A stretch of 64,000 nt of DNA from Xylographa opegraphella (Eukaryota), in assembly GCA_022813865.1 (NCBI GenBank), contig JALDZX010000040.1:1-64000 (forward strand). The letters run 5' to 3'. The notes beneath the pieces were generated by a model, which did not search any database, was not told the DNA's origin, and saw nothing but the letters and a program-made list of their open reading frames with translations. Position 1 is the stretch's first letter. Every line of letters starts with the position of its first letter. This document shows, one piece after another, positions 59,053-64,000 of this stretch. Position numbers and translations under genes: made by a program.

Positions 59053-61078
59053 ATGGCAAGAGTGCCTTTCATAGGAAGGTTGTTTTGGTAAGCTTGTGCT
59101 GAGGATTGAACAATCAACCTCATTTTCAACTTCACGACCCCCCCAAAGCTAACAAGCCCGAGCGCACAGGCGCCAATATCTAGCCTTGATAGGCTCTATT
59201 GTGCTTATATTCCTTGAGGGAATAATCAGAGTCATCACTCTGGGACTACGTATGGCTTCGGAGACATGGATCCAGGCATCACAGCTAATCAGTCGCAGCT
59301 CAACCGATCATTCGGTTTTGCTACAATCGGTCAAAAGGTCTCTTCAACCTCCTCTCGTCACCTCGTGGTCGACAATTGAGATCTAGAAAGCAATCGATAT
59401 CCTCTTCAATCGCTAGGGCGTCGGACTTTGTTGACCTTTGCGCGTTGTATGGTTATTATGCAGAAGAGCATGTGGTGCAGACTGGAGATGGATATCTCCT
59501 GGGACTCCATCGCCTTGGATGGAAGAAAGGGGAAGAAGGCATTCGAGTCAATGCGGGGCAGGACAGTCTACACAAAAAGGTTGTCTACCTTCACCATGGG
59601 TTGATGATGAATAGCGAGGTGTGGGTTTGTGTGACGGAGAAGGAAAGGTGTTTACCCTTTATGCTTGTGGAAAAAGGCTACGATGTTTGGGTAGGCTATG
59701 TAACGCTTAATGATCTTGACCAGGTACTCACATCGAACAGCTTGGTAACAACCGTGGCAACAAGTACTCTAAGAAATCGACACGACACTCTCCGAATTCC
59801 CACGCGTTCTGGAACTTCTCGATTGACGAGTTCGCATTTCATGATATACCCGACAGTATCAACTATATTCTCAAGACTACCTCGCAATCTACTTTGTCAT
59901 ACATTGGTTTCTCTCAGGGTACGGCGCAGGCGTTTGCCACGCTCTCCATTCATCCCACGCTGAACGACAAGGTCGATTTATTCGTCGCCCTGGCGCCCGC
60001 CATGGCTCCCGCTGGCCTATCTAATGGAATTGTTGATTCGCTGGTCAAGGCATCCCCAGAAGTCATCTTCCTTGCATTTGGGCGACGGAGTATCCTGAGT
60101 TCCACGACCATGTGGCAGACGATACTCTATCCACCCATTTTCACGCGGCTCATTGATCTGTCCTTGGCCTTCCTATTTGGCTGGAAAACCAAGAACATCA
60201 GCGTTCACCAGAAACTCGCCGCATATCCACATCTATATTCATACACCAGCACCAAGAGTATGGTGCACTGGTTCCAGATCATCCGGAACAAGAGCTTCCA
60301 AATGTACGACGACGACGTGCAAGCTCCGCTGAGCTTAGGGGCCAGTGATCGGTACTACAAAGTTGCCAAGTTTCCCACGCGGAACATCAAGACGCCGATC
60401 GTGCTCGTGTATGGAGGCAGCGACAGTCTCGTCGACATCAAGGCTATGCTGAAAGAGTTACCGCGGCATACCGTTGCGAAAGAAATCGCGCACTTCGAGC
60501 ACCTCGACTTCCTCTGGGGCCAGGGCCTTGACACTTTGGTCTTCCCCTACGTCTTCTCGGCCTTGGAGGAATACGCTGGCCGAGATCATCTCCAAGATGG
60601 ACAGTTCCGATATCCGCATTCCAAGAGCGGATCGCTCACCTTCACCCAGTCCTCGGAGTACTCTGACGATGATACGTCGTCGCCCACGACCGATCATGGC
60701 TTCCACGGGAGACGGCCGAAGACGCGGAACTTGATCTCGTCGGAATCCCCGCCGGTTCGGATCTCGGAGGCGAACCTCCAGCGCTCTTCCCCTTCGACGT
60801 CCAGCCGCAGCGCACGGGTGCAGTCGCTGTTCGAGGCGAGCGACTCGTCGTCCCCCAGTCCGGTCGGGGATAGTGCGGGCCCGAGGGGCAGCAGGCGGCC
60901 GAAAGGCACGGGCAGTGTCACCAAGGCCGGGAGTGTCGAAAGCCTGGCCGGGCTCCGACATTTCGGGGAGAGCGGGATCCGCCTCGGGACCGGCAAGGCC
61001 ACGGTCAGCGGCGTGGCTCCGGCCACGGCGACGATGGAGGCGGAACGCGGCGGGTCGTCGATCAGCAGCACGAGGTGA
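59053..61078 (+). CDS. Sterol esterase/triacylglycerol lipase (Tgl1/Yeh-like), multi-exon
   Basis: MARVPFIGRLFW, EEHVVQTGDGYLLGLHRL, HHGLMMNSEVWV, GYDVW|LGNNRGNKYS, GFSQG nucleophile, GGSDSLVD, EHLDFLWG. Confidence 0.93.
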
Positions 61079-62135
61079 GGGCGCACCCACTGGCGGATCT
61101 CGAGGTGGACACCTATCACATCGTAGTACTACGTAGCATGGTGGAAGGACAGGACAGGCAAATGCATGCTGGGTCTAAGCCTCGGCAATGCTAGACGGCG
61201 GAGGTTGGGGGGGGGGTGGAGGTGGTTGGACGATGATGTTGAGCAGTTACCGTCTCCAGTGGATACGGCCCACCTTCGAGAAGGTGTGTTCCAGACGGAA
61301 GTTCTGCCTCACCATTACGAGCATGACTCAGGCATCGTCCTCCCTTAAGCGATGTGTGGTGTATCTCGACCGCGTAAGCCACCCCCCATCAGCCTCAGGC
61401 TCCCGGCGTCTCGACTGATCGATGATTGGTGACTTGCCATAGAAGTAAATCCTCCTCCTCCAGCGCAGGGGACGTCGTTGCTTCCGAGCCGAGCACCGCT
61501 GCAACCGAGGTTGCGCTAGAGCGGAAAACGTGCCACGCGGTCTCGGGCAGCAGCCTGTCAGATGGCGCACCGCGGACTGGGATCGCTGTCGCAATATGAA
61601 AGTCTAACTACTATCGGTCTGGTCTGGGTGGATGCAGCTTCTTCTTTCTACTCGGCTTCCATGCTTCCGGGCAGGCGACGGCGGGTTCGAACGACGACAT
61701 CATGTTAAGCGATGTTGAACAGACTTGGGAGAATCAGTCAGTCCACCGGCCGCTGATTGATGGCAAGCGATGCCTTTCTCCCGGCGACAGTTTGACCCGC
61801 ATTACCAGTGCTAGTTGGTTAGGGTACGGAGCACGTACGGAGTCACTACGGCGGAAGTGACCTGACCATTACACTCCGACCCGCCATATACAGCCTGCAC
61901 TCTGGTTTCCTTCCTTCAACAGAATAATAATCCACCGATTTCTTCGACTATCACATTTCCCTTCGTTGTCGCCGTCCTGCCTCTGCGTCTCGACGTGGAA
62001 GTCGTTCGTCCTTTCACTTCTCACGCCTAGCCCTCCTGAGGTCGACTAGAATACAGTAGCCCTATCCGACCAAACCTCGAATAAGTACTTCCGGAGGCGA
62101 CAATCAACTACTCCATCCTATTTTCACTTCGCACC

Positions 62136-63267
62136 ATGGACACCCTCCATCTGCTTCCACGTGCATCGCCAGGAGCAAACTACACGGCCATCACCGACTA
62201 CCGCAATCACTGTACGCTGGAAACCTGTCCCCTCAGTCAGTCGTACTACGCCTACCGCCCGTCTCTGCCTGCCAACGCCCTCTTCCTCGCTCTCTTCTCG
62301 TTCAGCCTTCTGTGCTTTCTCGTGCAGGCGCTGCTGTCCCGTCGCTTCATCGGATTCACCATCGCTCTCGTCTGCGGTTGCATCCTCGAAGTCGTCGGCT
62401 ATGCGGGTCGGATCATCAGCTACATCAACCCATTCGATCAGGTATGCTTCCTCCCCATAGAAATCTATAATTTATCCGTTTTTTCTTTATCCTGTTTATC
62501 TTTTTTATCTTTGGCCACGCTCCCTATGCATTGCGGCTGACCCATCGCAGAACGGGTTCTTGGTCCAAATATGCTGCCTAACCATTGCGCCCGCCTTCAT
62601 GGCTGCCGGCCTCTATCTCTGCCTGTCCCGCATCGTCAACACCTTCGGCCGGGAGAATTCTCGTATCGCGCCTCTTTCCTACCCGCGCATCTTCATCCCG
62701 TGTGATATCGTCTCTCTTCTCTTGCAAGCTATCGGAGGCGCCATGGCCTCGATCGCGAGCCACCAGAACAAAAGCGCCGACAATGGTGATCACATCATGG
62801 TCGCCGGCCTGGCTTTTCAAGTCCTCACCCTGTTGATCTTCATGGTGTTGTGCGCCGACTTCGCGGTCAAGACGCTCCGGAGGATGAAGACCATGGGCGA
62901 ACAGGCGCTGGACCCGACGTACGCCAAGCTGCGGCAAAGCTGGTCGTTCAAGACCTTTCTCGTTGCCCTCGCCCTCGCCACCGTGTGCATCTTCATCCGG
63001 TCCGTGTACCGGGTGGCGGAACTCAGCGCAGGCTGGGAGGGTGCCTTGATCAAGAACCAGAACCTGTTCATCGGGCTGGAAGGGGTCATGGTCGTCATTG
63101 CGGTCTTGGCACTGAACGCCTTCCACCCTGGCTTTTGCTTCCGAGAAGGGTACGACATGTCTCTCAAGAAGGTCAAGAGCAAGAAGAGCAAACGAGGCGA
63201 CGTCGAGAAGGAGTCGCCGAGCCGAGACGAAGCCGGCAGCGAAAATGCCATTGTCCCTGACGCGTAA
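62136..63267 (+). CDS. RTA1/Rsb1-family lipid-translocating membrane protein
   Basis: CTLETCP..YYAYRPSL, LEVVGYAGRI, QICCLTIAPAFMAAGLY, CDIVSLLLQAIGG, IRSVYRVAEL, FHPG. Intron 62442-62550. Confidence 0.94.
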
Positions 63268-63887
63268 GCAGCAAGCAACGACTCACACAGTTCATCTCTT
63301 TTCATGATGGTTCTCCCATCCGCCAAATTGTGCTTTAGAGGGTCTGTCGGAGTTTGGAGCGATATAGATTGGTCGGCGATACCGCCACCGGGCGACGTTG
63401 CTCCCTAGATGTTTCTGTGCCACATGAACAGCCAGCGATACAGACGCGTCTTTTTTCTTCCGCAATGATAGCGAGCGATCTTGGGGTACTTATATATATA
63501 GATACAGTCCATATTCAAACCAGGCTCACTTGATGCCTCATATAAGATAATCCAACGCCATCCCTTCTCGTCTGCCGAGTCAGGCACTGCCATCCACGAT
63601 TGCGTCTACCGCTGGACTTTGTGCCCACGCTGACGTGCTGTGCTGTGCTGTGATCACCAGCGCTGGAACCGTACCTTACCCCTCTGCCTTCGCTGAACGC
63701 CTGTGTCTTCCAACCCGCGGTCGTGGTGCTTTGCATGAATCCCATACATTGTCCTTCCCTCCAATCCCACGCGCCCCCCCCCTCCCCCCGGGAGCTCCTG
63801 TCTCTCATTCCCCCCTTTCTCCGTCTGAAGCTTCGACCCTCCCCCTATCAGCTTCCGATACTTACCCACACGGGGAACAATAACCAC

Positions 63888-63929
63888 CCAGACCTAGACC
63901 CAGACCCGGACCCAGACCCGGCAGCCCGG
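63888..63929 (+). repeat. 6-bp tandem repeat (cagacc/cggacc) before a possible ATG at 63937 of a gene running off the window
   Basis: ccagacctagacccagacccggacccagacccgg, then accATGgcc..ctg|gtaaga donor-like site. Confidence 0.5.
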
Positions 63930-64000
63930 AAGGACCATGGCCTCGTCGACGGGTCGGCACGAGCGGACGGGTCTGGTAAGAAGGGCGGGCGGCGGTCGGG

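Noticed and set aside
1..64000. tRNA, rRNA, snoRNA or riboswitch genes; secondary-metabolite cluster
   Set aside because: No recognisable RNA gene signature by eye (tRNAscan/Infernal needed). There is no PKS/NRPS/terpene backbone gene, and the tailoring-type genes are interspersed with housekeeping genes.

Overview
Filamentous-ascomycete (Pezizomycotina-like) genomic DNA with spliceosomal introns. The first ~15 kb is a transposon-rich accessory island. It holds a degenerate Ty1/copia pol, a MULE transposase scrap, a solo-LTR-like element, a two-RRM gene and an intronless 6-phosphogluconolactonase pseudogene. It also holds two inverted-repeat (MITE-like) elements, a probable LINE 3' end, a Crypton/Ndc10-type remnant and an orphan PD-(D/E)XK-like gene. 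From ~15 kb on the window is gene-dense and core-like: methyltransferase-like protein, S53 sedolisin, epoxide hydrolase, Seg1-like eisosome protein, Zn2Cys6 TF, btgC GH17, isochorismatase, SRR1, BIM1-like GPI copper protein, 2OG-Fe(II) oxygenase, hex-1, PET191, WBP1, complex I 9.5 kDa subunit, BTB-like protein, RtcA, TGL1-like lipase and RTA1. The most notable signal is at hex-1. It has a 170-codon, spliced, AUG-free in-frame N-terminal extension that begins at a CUG in strong start context, suggesting a non-AUG-initiated long Woronin-body protein isoform. All family calls come from motif recognition by eye; no searches were run.
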